Positions 29,015 to 38,910 of a stretch of DNA of 64,000 nt are shown here, in pieces. This stretch comes from an uncultured Senegalimassilia sp. (lineage in GTDB: Bacteria > Actinomycetota > Coriobacteriia > Coriobacteriales > Eggerthellaceae). The position numbers and the translations under genes were made by a program. The DNA lies in contig NZ_CAKTVU010000002.1 in NCBI RefSeq assembly GCF_934630535.1, positions 179,720 to 243,719 on the forward strand, written 5' to 3'. Position 1 is the first letter of the stretch. Every line of letters begins with the position of its first letter. The notes under the pieces were generated by a model. That model had not been told where the DNA came from and searched no databases. It was given only the letters and a program-made list of their open reading frames with translations.

Positions 29015-31510
29015 CTAGTACATCCCGAACGCGTTCCACAGCAGGACGTTCGCGCCGATCATCAGCACGAGCGAGCCGAACATGAAATACAGCGCGATGC
29101 GATACACCGACACCGTCTGCCCCGCCACGGCGGCCGACGCCACCGCGTGCGCGCCCGCCTGCTGCACGGGCACCTGCGCATGGGCACCCAACTGCGTGGT
29201 CCAGCCCTTCGACAGCGGCTCGCTCGAGCGCACCTGCAAAAGCTCCAAAAACGACAGCGCCGCCGCAAGGGCGAAGTACAGCCCGAAGTCGCAAATGTAG
29301 CGCATAAGGATGCCAGCGCCCTGCAGGTCGAAGATGCACAGCACCACCGCCACGCACACCGCGCAGATCCACAGCGGCATAAGGCCCTTCGCTTTCAGGC
29401 CATGGCGGACGCGCGGCAGAGCCAGCAGCACGAGCGTCATCGGGTACAGGAAGAAGTAGCCGCCGAACATGGGCTCGTAGATGGTGACGCCCTGGTAGGC
29501 CGGGTCCATGTAGGTCTGGTGCATGAACGGGAACTGGCTGCCCAGCGCCGGGGGCTGGAACAGGTACGCGTACAGGCCGAACGGGATGCGGTCGGCGTGG
29601 AACCCGCGATGCGTCATATCGTTGGTGGTCAGGTTGTAGTTCGCGCCGAAGTCGAGCGGGCTGCCGAAGCGCGCGAAGTTGTACACCATGACCGCCGCGG
29701 CGACCGCCAGAAACGGCACGAGCGCGGCACGGAAGGCGCCCAAGCAGGCCCGTCGCGCTTGGGCGTTACCGCGGGCGTCGCGCAAAAAAGGCCAGAACAG
29801 CACCAGCCCGAACACGGCGGCCAGCACCATCTGCGGGCGCGCGGCAAGCGTCAACGCGATGAGCGCCGCACCCGCCACCACGCGCCGGCGGTCTATGAAC
29901 CCGCCCGTGGTGCCCGATACCCACAGCCCCAAGCCCCAGCTGATCAGGGCCAGGCCCATGGCCTCGGGCAGGAAGTACATGCTAGGCGTGCGAGCCAAGA
30001 TCAGACCGCCGCCGGCAACGAACATCATGATGTCGAGCACGAGCAGCACGCCAATCGACGTGCGAGGGAACCACCGGCGCGAAATGCGCGTGAGCAGGTA
30101 TGCGATGCCCGCCACGTATGCGCAGTCGCAGATGGCGACGCCGAGCCACGTGGGGAACCCGCCTCCCGTGAGCAGAAGCCACGGGACGTAGAACACCAGA
30201 CACGGCAGCACGCCGAAGTACACGTAGTATTTCCCCTGGTAGTACGCGTGGTCCCACAGGTACGGAACGCCAGCGGACTCGCGCGCCGCGGTGTCGTAGG
30301 GGTTGTCCATGGCCTGCAGCGCAGCCGAGGGCACATCGTCCAAGTAGAAGTGCCCCTGAAGCAGCGCCTGGGCAAGCTTTTGGTACTGAAACTGGTTTTC
30401 GGTGCTTGCGGTGTGCGTGATGGACAGGAAGTGCGTGTTGGACATGACCAGGATGAAGATGACCACGCACTGCACGGCGACCAACGCGATGACCATCCAG
30501 CCCTGGCGCGTGATGCGGCCGTCAAACACGCGGCTGAACAGGACGGATTGCGGACGGACGGCGTACAGCGCCAGCAGCACCGCCAGGATGAAGGCAAAAC
30601 GCAGCGGGTCGATGTCGAGCGGAACTTGCTGGTTCAGCCCGATGCCCGTCACAGTCACCGGGCCCACGTCGGCCAGGTTCGTGATCGAGACGTAGATGGA
30701 GTGGCAGTCGCCCGCCGGGTCCAGGCTGATATAGGTGCTGGCGGCGTCCTTCGGGTCAACCGAGACCGCCGGCAGCTGATAATAGTTCGCATTGCCTTCG
30801 TCCTGCAGATACATGACCACCTGCAGCTTGCTGTCGGTGGCTTTCGCGGCCGCCGCGGGATCATTAAGCTGAGGGGTGAAGTGGATGCTGCGAACGGCGT
30901 CGTCAAGGCCCGTAATCTCAAAATAGTTCGCGGACGAGTCGAGCGTCAGCGCGCCCTCGGTGCCCGCGGACACGCCGTTGACCAGGTACGTCCCCACCTG
31001 CGGGTAGGTCATGGACGTGAAGAAGGCCAGGTTGAAGCCGAACACCTCGATGAGCACGGCGATCAGCACGCAGATAACAAGGCCGGCGAAGCGCTTGATC
31101 GGGCTGACATAGGCGCCGGCGGACCCGGCAAAGCCCATGTCGCAGGTTTCGGAAGGCGAAGCCCAACCCTGCTGCGGGCGCACGGCGCCGTGACGGCCGT
31201 GGCGGGCGTACGCAGGCTGCGCCGAGTTGCCGGCGTGGGCGCCGGCGGCTGCCGAGCCGCCCGGCATGCGCGAGGTTCCCGACCCGCCGCGCGACCAACG
31301 GCTATAGGGAGTGTTGACGGGCTGCACAGGCTGCCCGCTGCGGCCGGCAGGCGCACCAGGGGCAACAGGACGAGCCGCGTCGGGGTTGCTGGGGCGCGCT
31401 GCGCCGCGCCCGCCGTGGGAAGCGTAGCTTTGGCGGGCGTATTGCTCGAACTCGGGCGAGGAAACGCCCGGCTCGAAAGGGTCATGATACTGTTGATTCC
31501 GATTAGCCAT
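29015..31510 (-). CDS. Large polytopic membrane protein, possible GT-C-fold glycan transferase
   Basis: Disordered N-terminus, an extracellular beta-rich segment, then many TM helices with a loop WDHAYYQGKYYVYFG and ARP motif. Function is inferred. Confidence 0.6.
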   Translation of the reverse strand: MANRNQQYHDPFEPGVSSPEFEQYARQSYASHGGRGAARPSNPDAARPVAPGAPAGRSGQPVQPVNTPYSRWSRGGSGTSRMPGGSAAAGAHAGNSAQPAYARHGRHGAVRPQQGWASPSETCDMGFAGSAGAYVSPIKRFAGLVICVLIAVLIEVFGFNLAFFTSMTYPQVGTYLVNGVSAGTEGALTLDSSANYFEITGLDDAVRSIHFTPQLNDPAAAAKATDSKLQVVMYLQDEGNANYYQLPAVSVDPKDAASTYISLDPAGDCHSIYVSITNLADVGPVTVTGIGLNQQVPLDIDPLRFAFILAVLLALYAVRPQSVLFSRVFDGRITRQGWMVIALVAVQCVVIFILVMSNTHFLSITHTASTENQFQYQKLAQALLQGHFYLDDVPSAALQAMDNPYDTAARESAGVPYLWDHAYYQGKYYVYFGVLPCLVFYVPWLLLTGGGFPTWLGVAICDCAYVAGIAYLLTRISRRWFPRTSIGVLLVLDIMMFVAGGGLILARTPSMYFLPEAMGLALISWGLGLWVSGTTGGFIDRRRVVAGAALIALTLAARPQMVLAAVFGLVLFWPFLRDARGNAQARRACLGAFRAALVPFLAVAAAVMVYNFARFGSPLDFGANYNLTTNDMTHRGFHADRIPFGLYAYLFQPPALGSQFPFMHQTYMDPAYQGVTIYEPMFGGYFFLYPMTLVLLALPRVRHGLKAKGLMPLWICAVCVAVVLCIFDLQGAGILMRYICDFGLYFALAAALSFLELLQVRSSEPLSKGWTTQLGAHAQVPVQQAGAHAVASAAVAGQTVSVYRIALYFMFGSLVLMIGANVLLWNAFGMY

Positions 31511-31562
31511 GGCCCGGATTATACTTCCAGGAACGAACACGTCCGAATCCCAGGGAGGCACA

Positions 31563-31925
31563 ATGGACGAAAAAGACATTGCCGCGTTGCAAAACGCCGA
31601 CATAGATTACGAGGACATCATCGACCGCTTCGAAGGCAACGAATCGCTGTACCTGAAACTGGCGGAGCTGTTCCTCGACGACCCCCACATGCCCAACGTC
31701 CGCCGGGCATTTGCCGCAGGCGATCTGGCAACCGCGGAGACGGAAGCCCACGCCCTCAAAGGCGTAGCCGGCAACCTCTCGCTCACCAACGTGCACAAGC
31801 TGGCGAAAAGCATGAACGACGCCCTCCGGGATGGCAACGAAACCGCAGCAACCAAGCTGCTCCCAGAGCTAGACGAGGCATACGCAAAGGCAGTAGAAGC
31901 CTTGCGGGAGGTGCTTGGGAGGTAG
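31563..31925 (+). CDS. Stand-alone Hpt (histidine phosphotransfer) domain protein
   Basis: AHALKGVAGNL signature. RBS GGAGG before ATG 31563. Confidence 0.88.
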   Translation: MDEKDIAALQNADIDYEDIIDRFEGNESLYLKLAELFLDDPHMPNVRRAFAAGDLATAETEAHALKGVAGNLSLTNVHKLAKSMNDALRDGNETAATKLLPELDEAYAKAVEALREVLGR

Positions 31926-32068
31926 AAAGCGATAGCGCACACGCAACACATCAACGTCACACCAAACAACGAAGCAGGCCGGATCACCAAAGCGACCCGG
32001 CCTGCTCTTGTATGAGAGGAAGACGCTAAGCACAGCCCGGCCATTTTCAGCCGGTCAGCTGCATCGAT

Positions 32069-33949
32069 CTAGTATCCAGGAATCCATCTTCCGTCCGATC
32101 CGACATAGTACGAACCGATCCACTGGTCTTTTGCCATAGCTCCATCTTCGAGAAGGTAGTAATCCCCTTCCCACGAAGATGATTTCATTGCCCCGGAACC
32201 GCTATAAAAATGCCAGGTTTCTCCGTCATCAAACCAACCTGTGACCATTGCACCAGATGACGCGAATCGATACGCAACGCCTCCGATAACCTGCTCCCCA
32301 ACCAGCATCTTGCCTGCATCGGAGAAGCAATACCAGCTGCCATTCACGAACTGCCACCCCGTACCCATCGCGCCAGAACCGTCGCAGTAATACCAGGTAC
32401 CTTCATCGTCTATCCAACCAATATGCATAGCGCAGCTAGTAGGGTCGAAATAATAGTAGTTAGCCCCGATTTGATTCCAACCCGTTCTCAGGCACCCCGA
32501 GTTATCAGACCAATACCAAGAACCGTTTACAAACAACCAGCCGATGCCCATAGCTCCAGATCCGTTTAGCCAGTACCAGCTCTGACCATCCTTCAACCAT
32601 CCGGTTGCCATGGCGCCGTTTGCGGGGTCAAGGTAGTACCAAGCTCCCCCCACAAACTGCCAACCGAAGAGCATGACACCGTTTCCGCCCATGTAATACC
32701 ACGTCCCCCAGGCATCGGCCCAGCCAATGGCCATCGCGCCGGACGAGGTCAGCCAGTACCAGCTCTGACCGTCCTTCAACCATCCGGTTGCCATCGCGCC
32801 GTTTGCGGGGCTGAGGTAGTACCAGGAACCATTGATCCACTGCCAACCTTTCAACATGGCGCCGGATGAGTTCAAATAGTACCAACTGCCATTCGAAAGC
32901 ACCCAACCGGTCTGCATCCAGCCAGCGGAATCAAAGTAATACCACGTGTCATCGATATAGGCCCAACCATTCGACGGGTAGCTCCCATTTTTATACTGAT
33001 ACCACCAAGAGCCATTAGAGAAAACCCACGTATCTTTATGACGAATCGGGCCCGCAAAATCGAAATTGATATCTACTCCCCCAGCAATGCCGTTAATCAA
33101 TGTATTGCTGTCAGCCTGCCACATCCCATATTTGCCGGAATACGTGCATTTATAGTTATATTGAGCGACCCAACGAGGCCAAGAGGAGAAAGCGGAGTCG
33201 GTCAAACGGTTAGTCCACCAATTGGTATTCGCGTACACACCTGGCGTATAACCAGCAGCAGCAATAGCATTGCAATATGTCGAAGCGATACTCCCTAAAG
33301 CCGCGGATCCAAGTTTCCCCTGCTGATTCTCATCTTCCATATCATAGTAAACAGGGTAAGAAAGGCTATAAGGGCTAAGGCCGGCTTCTCGCAAGAGCCT
33401 CAAGGTATGCTCTGCTTCGCTTTGGGCCATTGCATTATCGGTAGCATATGAATACAGATACACGCCAAAAGGAATTCCATAACGTTGGCATTCCTGAACA
33501 TTCCTCAGAAATTGCTTGTCGTCCTGATTCGAATAATCGCTTCCATAGCCGCATCGAAGAATCGCATACGTCACACCGGAAGACTGAACCTGGGACCAAT
33601 CGATATTGCCCTGATGCTCCGAAACATCAACGCCGAATCCCACGGCGCTATTGACTATCGTCCCGTTAGAGCCATACCAAACGCCGCCCTCATTCCACCA
33701 CGAATTTAGCCGATTTGCGAACAACGCGATACCGGTTCCCTCTCCATAGGCATCGTAATTTCCGTAACGCCAACTACTCGCATACGAACCGGAGCCTTGG
33801 TCGTATTCGTTAGCAAATCCACCCGACTCGCGCTCGGCGCATGCATCATCAACAACATCGGCAAACGAGCAAACAGGAACAGCAAGCGACAGCGCCACCG
33901 CTAACGCACAAATCAAAGGCAAAGTCACCCGATTAAACAAGACCAACAC
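32069..33949 (-). CDS. GH25 muramidase with C-terminal choline-binding-type cell-wall repeats
   Basis: Signal peptide; GVDVSEHQGNIDW, YLYSYA, YYDMED, WVAQY, VDIN; many GWxxxxGxWYYxxxxGAM repeats. Confidence 0.92.
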   Translation of the reverse strand: MLVLFNRVTLPLICALAVALSLAVPVCSFADVVDDACAERESGGFANEYDQGSGSYASSWRYGNYDAYGEGTGIALFANRLNSWWNEGGVWYGSNGTIVNSAVGFGVDVSEHQGNIDWSQVQSSGVTYAILRCGYGSDYSNQDDKQFLRNVQECQRYGIPFGVYLYSYATDNAMAQSEAEHTLRLLREAGLSPYSLSYPVYYDMEDENQQGKLGSAALGSIASTYCNAIAAAGYTPGVYANTNWWTNRLTDSAFSSWPRWVAQYNYKCTYSGKYGMWQADSNTLINGIAGGVDINFDFAGPIRHKDTWVFSNGSWWYQYKNGSYPSNGWAYIDDTWYYFDSAGWMQTGWVLSNGSWYYLNSSGAMLKGWQWINGSWYYLSPANGAMATGWLKDGQSWYWLTSSGAMAIGWADAWGTWYYMGGNGVMLFGWQFVGGAWYYLDPANGAMATGWLKDGQSWYWLNGSGAMGIGWLFVNGSWYWSDNSGCLRTGWNQIGANYYYFDPTSCAMHIGWIDDEGTWYYCDGSGAMGTGWQFVNGSWYCFSDAGKMLVGEQVIGGVAYRFASSGAMVTGWFDDGETWHFYSGSGAMKSSSWEGDYYLLEDGAMAKDQWIGSYYVGSDGRWIPGY

Positions 33950-34022
33950 ACTCCTATACGCTATTCTGAACTTAGAAATTCGGAACTGTAAGTAGCACCA
34001 CTATAGAGGAGAGGAGCATCTT

Positions 34023-36071
34023 ATGAGCAGAAGAAAGCACCGAAATCCGTTTCAATGGCGAAAACTCGCCGTTTTACCGACGGCGACATGCCTAGCACTG
34101 TGCATGGGAAACGCGTCTCCAGCAATCGCCGAAGAGCCGGTTCAAATTAACGAAACAAACACCGCACAGGTTTCGACAGCCAATGAGCCTTCGCTTGGGG
34201 CCAACGCAAACGCGAAAGAGATGCCAACCGGCAAGTCGAACAAAAGCGCTCTTCCTGCCACCAGCATACCTGCAGCGGACGCAAGCCCAGCCGCCAATGA
34301 AGGCGGCAGCGAAACGGAGCCCGCGCCCCCTGCCGAGGACGTCTACGCCCTCGTGCCGTCCGAGTCGTCCCCGCACCTGACGTGGACCAAGAACGGCGAG
34401 CCGTGCGCCGCCAGCGGGTGGAAGAGCTTCGAGGGCGCGTGGTACTGGTTCGACGGCTCCCCCTGCGCCGCAGAGGCCCGCTGGGTGAGCGACCGCGGCT
34501 CGTGGTACTGGCTGGGCGAGGACGGGCGCATGGCCGAGGGCACCTTCGAGGCGCAGGGGTCGCTGTGGCACGCCACCGCCTCGGGCGCGCTGCTCACCGG
34601 GCGGGGCTGGGCCTGGGACGGCGCGTGGTACCGCACGAGCCCCTCGGGCGCGCTGACCACCGGCTGGCTGTGGGACGGCGCGTGGTACTGGCTGGACCCG
34701 AAGAGCGGCAAGATGGCGGCCGGCTGGTTCCGCGACGGCGGCGGGGACTGGTACCTGGCGGACGGCTCGGGCCGCATGCTCACCGGCTGGCAGGCCGCCG
34801 GCGGGCGCTGGTACCACCTGGCGGGATCGGGGAGAATGGACACGGGCTGGCTGTGGGACGGCGCGTGGTACTGGCTCGACCCCGAGTCCGGCGCCATGGC
34901 GACGTGGTGGGCCCAGGACGGCGCCGGAACATGGTGGTTCCTGGCGCCCGACGGCAGGCTATCCGGCAACCGCTGGGTGGCCGGCTGGGCCGGCTCCTGG
35001 TACTGGGTCGACGCATCGGGCCGCATGGGCTCGGGCTGGCTGCCCTGGGGCGGGTCCTGGTACTGGCTCGACCCCGAGACCGGCATGATGGCAACCGGCC
35101 CGGAAACGATCGGCAAGCAAGACTACTACTTCACAGAGTCTGGCTCGATGGCTGCAAAGCAATGGGTTCCCGTCGACGATACCGGGAAGTACCGCTTTGC
35201 CACGGCAAACGGCGAACTAACCGCCAACGCCAGCAAGACTAACGGCGAACTGGTGCTGTTAGACGACTCCGATGCGCCCCTGTCTGGATGGGTCAAAATC
35301 GACGGATTTCACTTCTATGCCAAACCGGATTCGGGGGCCATGGCAACGCAATGGCAGATGATCGACGGCAACTGGTATTGGTTCGGCAGCCAAGGAGCGA
35401 TGGCAACCGGATGGACAAGCGCCAACGGGTCGTGGTATCTCATGGCTCAAAGCGGCGAAATGAAAACCGGATGGCAATATGTCGATGGAGCCTGGTACTA
35501 TCTCGACCCCTCCTCGGGCGCGATGAAAACCGGATGGCTCAACGAAAACGGAACTTGGTATTGGCTTAGCGCAAGCGGCGCCATGTTAATCGGCTGGCAA
35601 TACGTCGATGGAGGTTATTACTACTTCAACGCCAGTGGAGCATGGGACCCTTATGCCGACCCCATGACCCAGCGAGCACAAGGCTATTACAGCGCCACAA
35701 ACTGGCTCATTATGATAGACACCGTTAACAACGAATTCGGCGTATATTGGGGATGGCAAGGCAATTGGAAGCTTCAATACCATTGGAGCTGCTCAACGGG
35801 AGCTTGGGCAACGCCTACGGTTCTCGGTGAGTATACCGTCGGCATTAAAGGATACGTGTTCGGATCAGGATTCAGCTGTTACTATTACACCCAATTCTAT
35901 GGTGACTACCTGATTCATTCCGGCGAGTACTATCAGGGGACTTTCGTGGAAATGGATAACCGTCAAGGCGTGAACATCTCTCACGGTTGCGTTCGATTGA
36001 CCCTTGATCGAGCGAAATGGGTATACGACAACATCCCATACAACACAAAAGTCGTAACATACATGGGCTAA
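34023..36071 (+). CDS. L,D-transpeptidase (YkuD) with N-terminal choline-binding-type repeats
   Basis: Signal peptide, WY-rich repeats, C-terminal CSTG..TPT..G..LIHS..SHGCVRL motif. Confidence 0.9.
   Translation: MSRRKHRNPFQWRKLAVLPTATCLALCMGNASPAIAEEPVQINETNTAQVSTANEPSLGANANAKEMPTGKSNKSALPATSIPAADASPAANEGGSETEPAPPAEDVYALVPSESSPHLTWTKNGEPCAASGWKSFEGAWYWFDGSPCAAEARWVSDRGSWYWLGEDGRMAEGTFEAQGSLWHATASGALLTGRGWAWDGAWYRTSPSGALTTGWLWDGAWYWLDPKSGKMAAGWFRDGGGDWYLADGSGRMLTGWQAAGGRWYHLAGSGRMDTGWLWDGAWYWLDPESGAMATWWAQDGAGTWWFLAPDGRLSGNRWVAGWAGSWYWVDASGRMGSGWLPWGGSWYWLDPETGMMATGPETIGKQDYYFTESGSMAAKQWVPVDDTGKYRFATANGELTANASKTNGELVLLDDSDAPLSGWVKIDGFHFYAKPDSGAMATQWQMIDGNWYWFGSQGAMATGWTSANGSWYLMAQSGEMKTGWQYVDGAWYYLDPSSGAMKTGWLNENGTWYWLSASGAMLIGWQYVDGGYYYFNASGAWDPYADPMTQRAQGYYSATNWLIMIDTVNNEFGVYWGWQGNWKLQYHWSCSTGAWATPTVLGEYTVGIKGYVFGSGFSCYYYTQFYGDYLIHSGEYYQGTFVEMDNRQGVNISHGCVRLTLDRAKWVYDNIPYNTKVVTYMG
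34257..35090 (+). repeat. High-GC ~830-bp segment, copy A, shared with 36428-37261
   Basis: Colinear with copy B at a constant offset of 2171. About 34366-34795 appears identical by eye. Confidence 0.92.
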
Positions 36072-36229
36072 GCCCGATAGCATATTATGCCGGGGCGCAG
36101 ATGAAAACCCACCTGCGCTCCGGCGTTTTGCGCTTTCCGCCAAACCTCTTGCAAAATGCCGCACAAGAGGCAATCAACAAAGATGTAATCTCGAAGCTAG
36201 GCTTCACGGACACCAAGGAAAGGAACAAG

Positions 36230-38830
36230 ATGGAGAACAGACGCTTCACAGCGCTCGCGTACTTCCGAAGCGCCACTCGACAAGCCGCCATCGTCGCGTT
36301 GGCGGCAGCGTGCTGCGCCGCGATCTCAAGCGCAGGAAACGCAAGCATTGCCATAGCTGACGAAGCAACATCGAGCACAATCGAGCGAGGCTCCGATCAG
36401 CTCGTTGATACCTCAGCGGCAGATCCGGCCACCACCATACCTGCGGCGGACGCGAGCCCAGCCGCCGACGAAGGCGGCAGCGAAACGAAGCCCGCGTCCC
36501 CTGCCGAGGACGTCTACGCCCTCGTTCCGTCCGAATCGTCCCCGCACCTGACGTGGACCAAGAACGGCGAGCCGTGCGCCGCCAGCGGGTGGAAGAGCTT
36601 CGAGGGCGCGTGGTACTGGTTCGACGGCTCCCCCTGCGCCGCAGAGGCCCGCTGGGTGAGCGACCGCGGCTCGTGGTACTGGCTGGGCGAGGACGGGCGC
36701 ATGGCCGAGGGCACCTTCGAGGCGCAGGGGTCGCTGTGGCACGCCACCGCCTCGGGCGCGCTGCTCACCGGGCGGGGCTGGGCCTGGGACGGCGCGTGGT
36801 ACCGCACGAGCCCCTCGGGCGCGCTGACCACCGGCTGGCTGTGGGACGGCGCGTGGTACTGGCTGGACCCGAAGAGCGGCAAGATGGCGGCCGGCTGGTT
36901 CCGCGACGGCGGCGGGGACTGGTACCTGGCGGACGGCTCGGGCCGCATGCTCACCGGCTGGCAGGCGACCGGCGGGCGCTGGTACCACCTGGCCGGCTCC
37001 GGGCGCATGGACGCCGGCTGGCTGTGGGACGGCGCATGGTACTGGCTCGACCCGGAGAGCGGGGCCATGGCCGTCGGCTGGGCGCAGGACGGCGGCGGCG
37101 CGTGGTGGTACCTGCTGGGCGACGGCACGCTGTCGGGCCAGCGCTGGGTCGCCGGCTGGGCCGGCTCCTGGTACTGGGTCGACGCGTCGGGCCGCATGGG
37201 ATCTGGCTGGCTGTCCTGGGGCGGGTCCTGGTACTGGCTCGACCCCGAGACCGGCATGATGTCCACAGCAGACTGGGTAAACGATCGCGGTACGTTCTAT
37301 TGGGTGAACGCCGATGGCATCATGGCGTCGAATAGTTGGGTCCACGATAGCGAGGGATACTGGCATTGGGCCAACAAATCGGGCGCCATGGCAAGCGGAT
37401 GGCTTATCAAAGGAGCAGCGAAATACTACCTTGACCCTAAAGATGCCAAGCATCCTATGACCACCGGTCTTGCAACTATAGATGACAAGCAATATTCGTT
37501 TGGCCCATCTGGCGAAATGCAAACTGCCGCATGGGTAGCCATAGACGAATCAGGGTTCTACTCCTTCGCAGGAACCGACGGCGTAATTTCAAGCGTTGTC
37601 AGAAAAGATGCAAATGGCACCATCGTCGACAGCGAGGGAAATGCCTTGTCGGGTTGGGTAGAACTTGGCGGCACGCGTCTTTACGTCGATCCCGAGACAC
37701 ATCAGGCAAAAACAGGCTGGCTGAAACGAGATGAAGGATACTATTATCTAGACGCCGCTTCAGGAAGCATGCACACAGGCTGGACCCATGTTGATGGCTG
37801 CTGGTATTACCTCGGCCAAGACGGAATCATGCAAACTGGCTGGCAATCGATTGGAAACACCTGGTATTACCTTAGCCCCGCAAGCGGAGCTATGAAAACC
37901 GGCTGGCTTTCGGAAGGCGGCACGTGGTACTTCCTCAACAATAGCGGAGCTATGGCCACGGGCTGGATATGGGACAACGCCTGGTATTACCTTCGCCAAA
38001 ACGGAGCTATGGCAACGGGTTGGATATGGGACGGAAGCCGTTGGTACTTCCTTCAGGCAAATGGCGCCCTTTTTAAGATCAATGACATGGTATGGGCACT
38101 GAACTCTTTTGGATTCAACGGCCTCAATTCCTTCAATACCAGCCGCTCGATTTCAAACGGTGCTTGGGACGAATTGCAGAATGCTATTAACAACTATTCC
38201 AACATGGGATGCACGGTCGGATTCACAATGATAGACCTAACCACAGGTGCTGGCGTTGCATACAATGCCCACTGGCGTCACAACAGCGCGTCCACCATCA
38301 AAGGTCCTTATGTCGTAGCGCTGAACAAGTTATGGCCTTGGGAGCTGGCGAATTCCGAGTCCGATATGTTCATCACGCTTGATGTTTCCAGCAATTTCAC
38401 CTATGCAAACCTTTGCAATCGCTATGGGCATTTCCCGTTAGATTACATGGTCAGCGAAGTAGGTGCTGGCGGATTCGCTTGGGACTGCGATTACGGTTAT
38501 TACAACTCTAAGGACCTTTGCAAAATGTGGGTTGATGTGGCAGACTACCTTATCAATGGCGGCCAGAACGCCGAATGGCTGCAAAACGTTATGGGCAACA
38601 ACTCCCATATCACCTCACGCGGCGCTCTGTCCTGGACCGGAGCAACGGTTTATGCGAAATCAGGATGGGTAAACGGCTACGTTAATTCGCACAATGAGGG
38701 CTATCTGGTTATGCGCGGCGACCACCCCTATGTTGTGGCAATCATGTCCGATAACATCCATGAAAACAGCTGGTGCATGGCGAATCTGGTAAATGCCATC
38801 GATCGAGCACATAGCGAATTGGTCTGGTAG
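36230..38830 (+). CDS. Choline-binding-repeat protein with C-terminal serine beta-lactamase/DD-peptidase-like domain
   Basis: Signal peptide; WY repeats; SASTIK (SxxK), SSN (SxN) and KSG motifs. RBS GAAAGGA before ATG 36230. Confidence 0.85.
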   Translation: MENRRFTALAYFRSATRQAAIVALAAACCAAISSAGNASIAIADEATSSTIERGSDQLVDTSAADPATTIPAADASPAADEGGSETKPASPAEDVYALVPSESSPHLTWTKNGEPCAASGWKSFEGAWYWFDGSPCAAEARWVSDRGSWYWLGEDGRMAEGTFEAQGSLWHATASGALLTGRGWAWDGAWYRTSPSGALTTGWLWDGAWYWLDPKSGKMAAGWFRDGGGDWYLADGSGRMLTGWQATGGRWYHLAGSGRMDAGWLWDGAWYWLDPESGAMAVGWAQDGGGAWWYLLGDGTLSGQRWVAGWAGSWYWVDASGRMGSGWLSWGGSWYWLDPETGMMSTADWVNDRGTFYWVNADGIMASNSWVHDSEGYWHWANKSGAMASGWLIKGAAKYYLDPKDAKHPMTTGLATIDDKQYSFGPSGEMQTAAWVAIDESGFYSFAGTDGVISSVVRKDANGTIVDSEGNALSGWVELGGTRLYVDPETHQAKTGWLKRDEGYYYLDAASGSMHTGWTHVDGCWYYLGQDGIMQTGWQSIGNTWYYLSPASGAMKTGWLSEGGTWYFLNNSGAMATGWIWDNAWYYLRQNGAMATGWIWDGSRWYFLQANGALFKINDMVWALNSFGFNGLNSFNTSRSISNGAWDELQNAINNYSNMGCTVGFTMIDLTTGAGVAYNAHWRHNSASTIKGPYVVALNKLWPWELANSESDMFITLDVSSNFTYANLCNRYGHFPLDYMVSEVGAGGFAWDCDYGYYNSKDLCKMWVDVADYLINGGQNAEWLQNVMGNNSHITSRGALSWTGATVYAKSGWVNGYVNSHNEGYLVMRGDHPYVVAIMSDNIHENSWCMANLVNAIDRAHSELVW
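36428..37261 (+). repeat. High-GC ~830-bp segment, copy B
   Basis: Matches copy A at 34257-35090. Confidence 0.92.
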
Positions 38831-38856
38831 ATACCCAGATTTAAATTCAGAATAGC

Positions 38857-38898
38857 AAAAAGGGAGGGTTGCCTTTCATGGCAACCCTCCCTTGCTTT
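38857..38898. terminator. Bidirectional intrinsic terminator
   Basis: AAGGGAGGGTTGCC-tttcat-GGCAACCCTCCCTT between convergent genes. Confidence 0.85.
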
Positions 38899-38910
38899 AG
38901 CCAGCTGATG

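Noticed and set aside
32069..33949. GH25 enzyme as a prophage endolysin
   Set aside because: It has a signal peptide and no holin or phage structural genes nearby, so it fits a host autolysin.
34257..37261. Duplicated segment as a diversity-generating retroelement TR/VR pair
   Set aside because: Both copies are coding, the differences are not adenine-specific, and there is no reverse transcriptase in the window.
38080..38830. Acquired beta-lactam resistance gene
   Set aside because: The SxxK domain is fused to wall-binding repeats in a peptidoglycan-remodelling cluster with no mobile context; resistance cannot be claimed from sequence.
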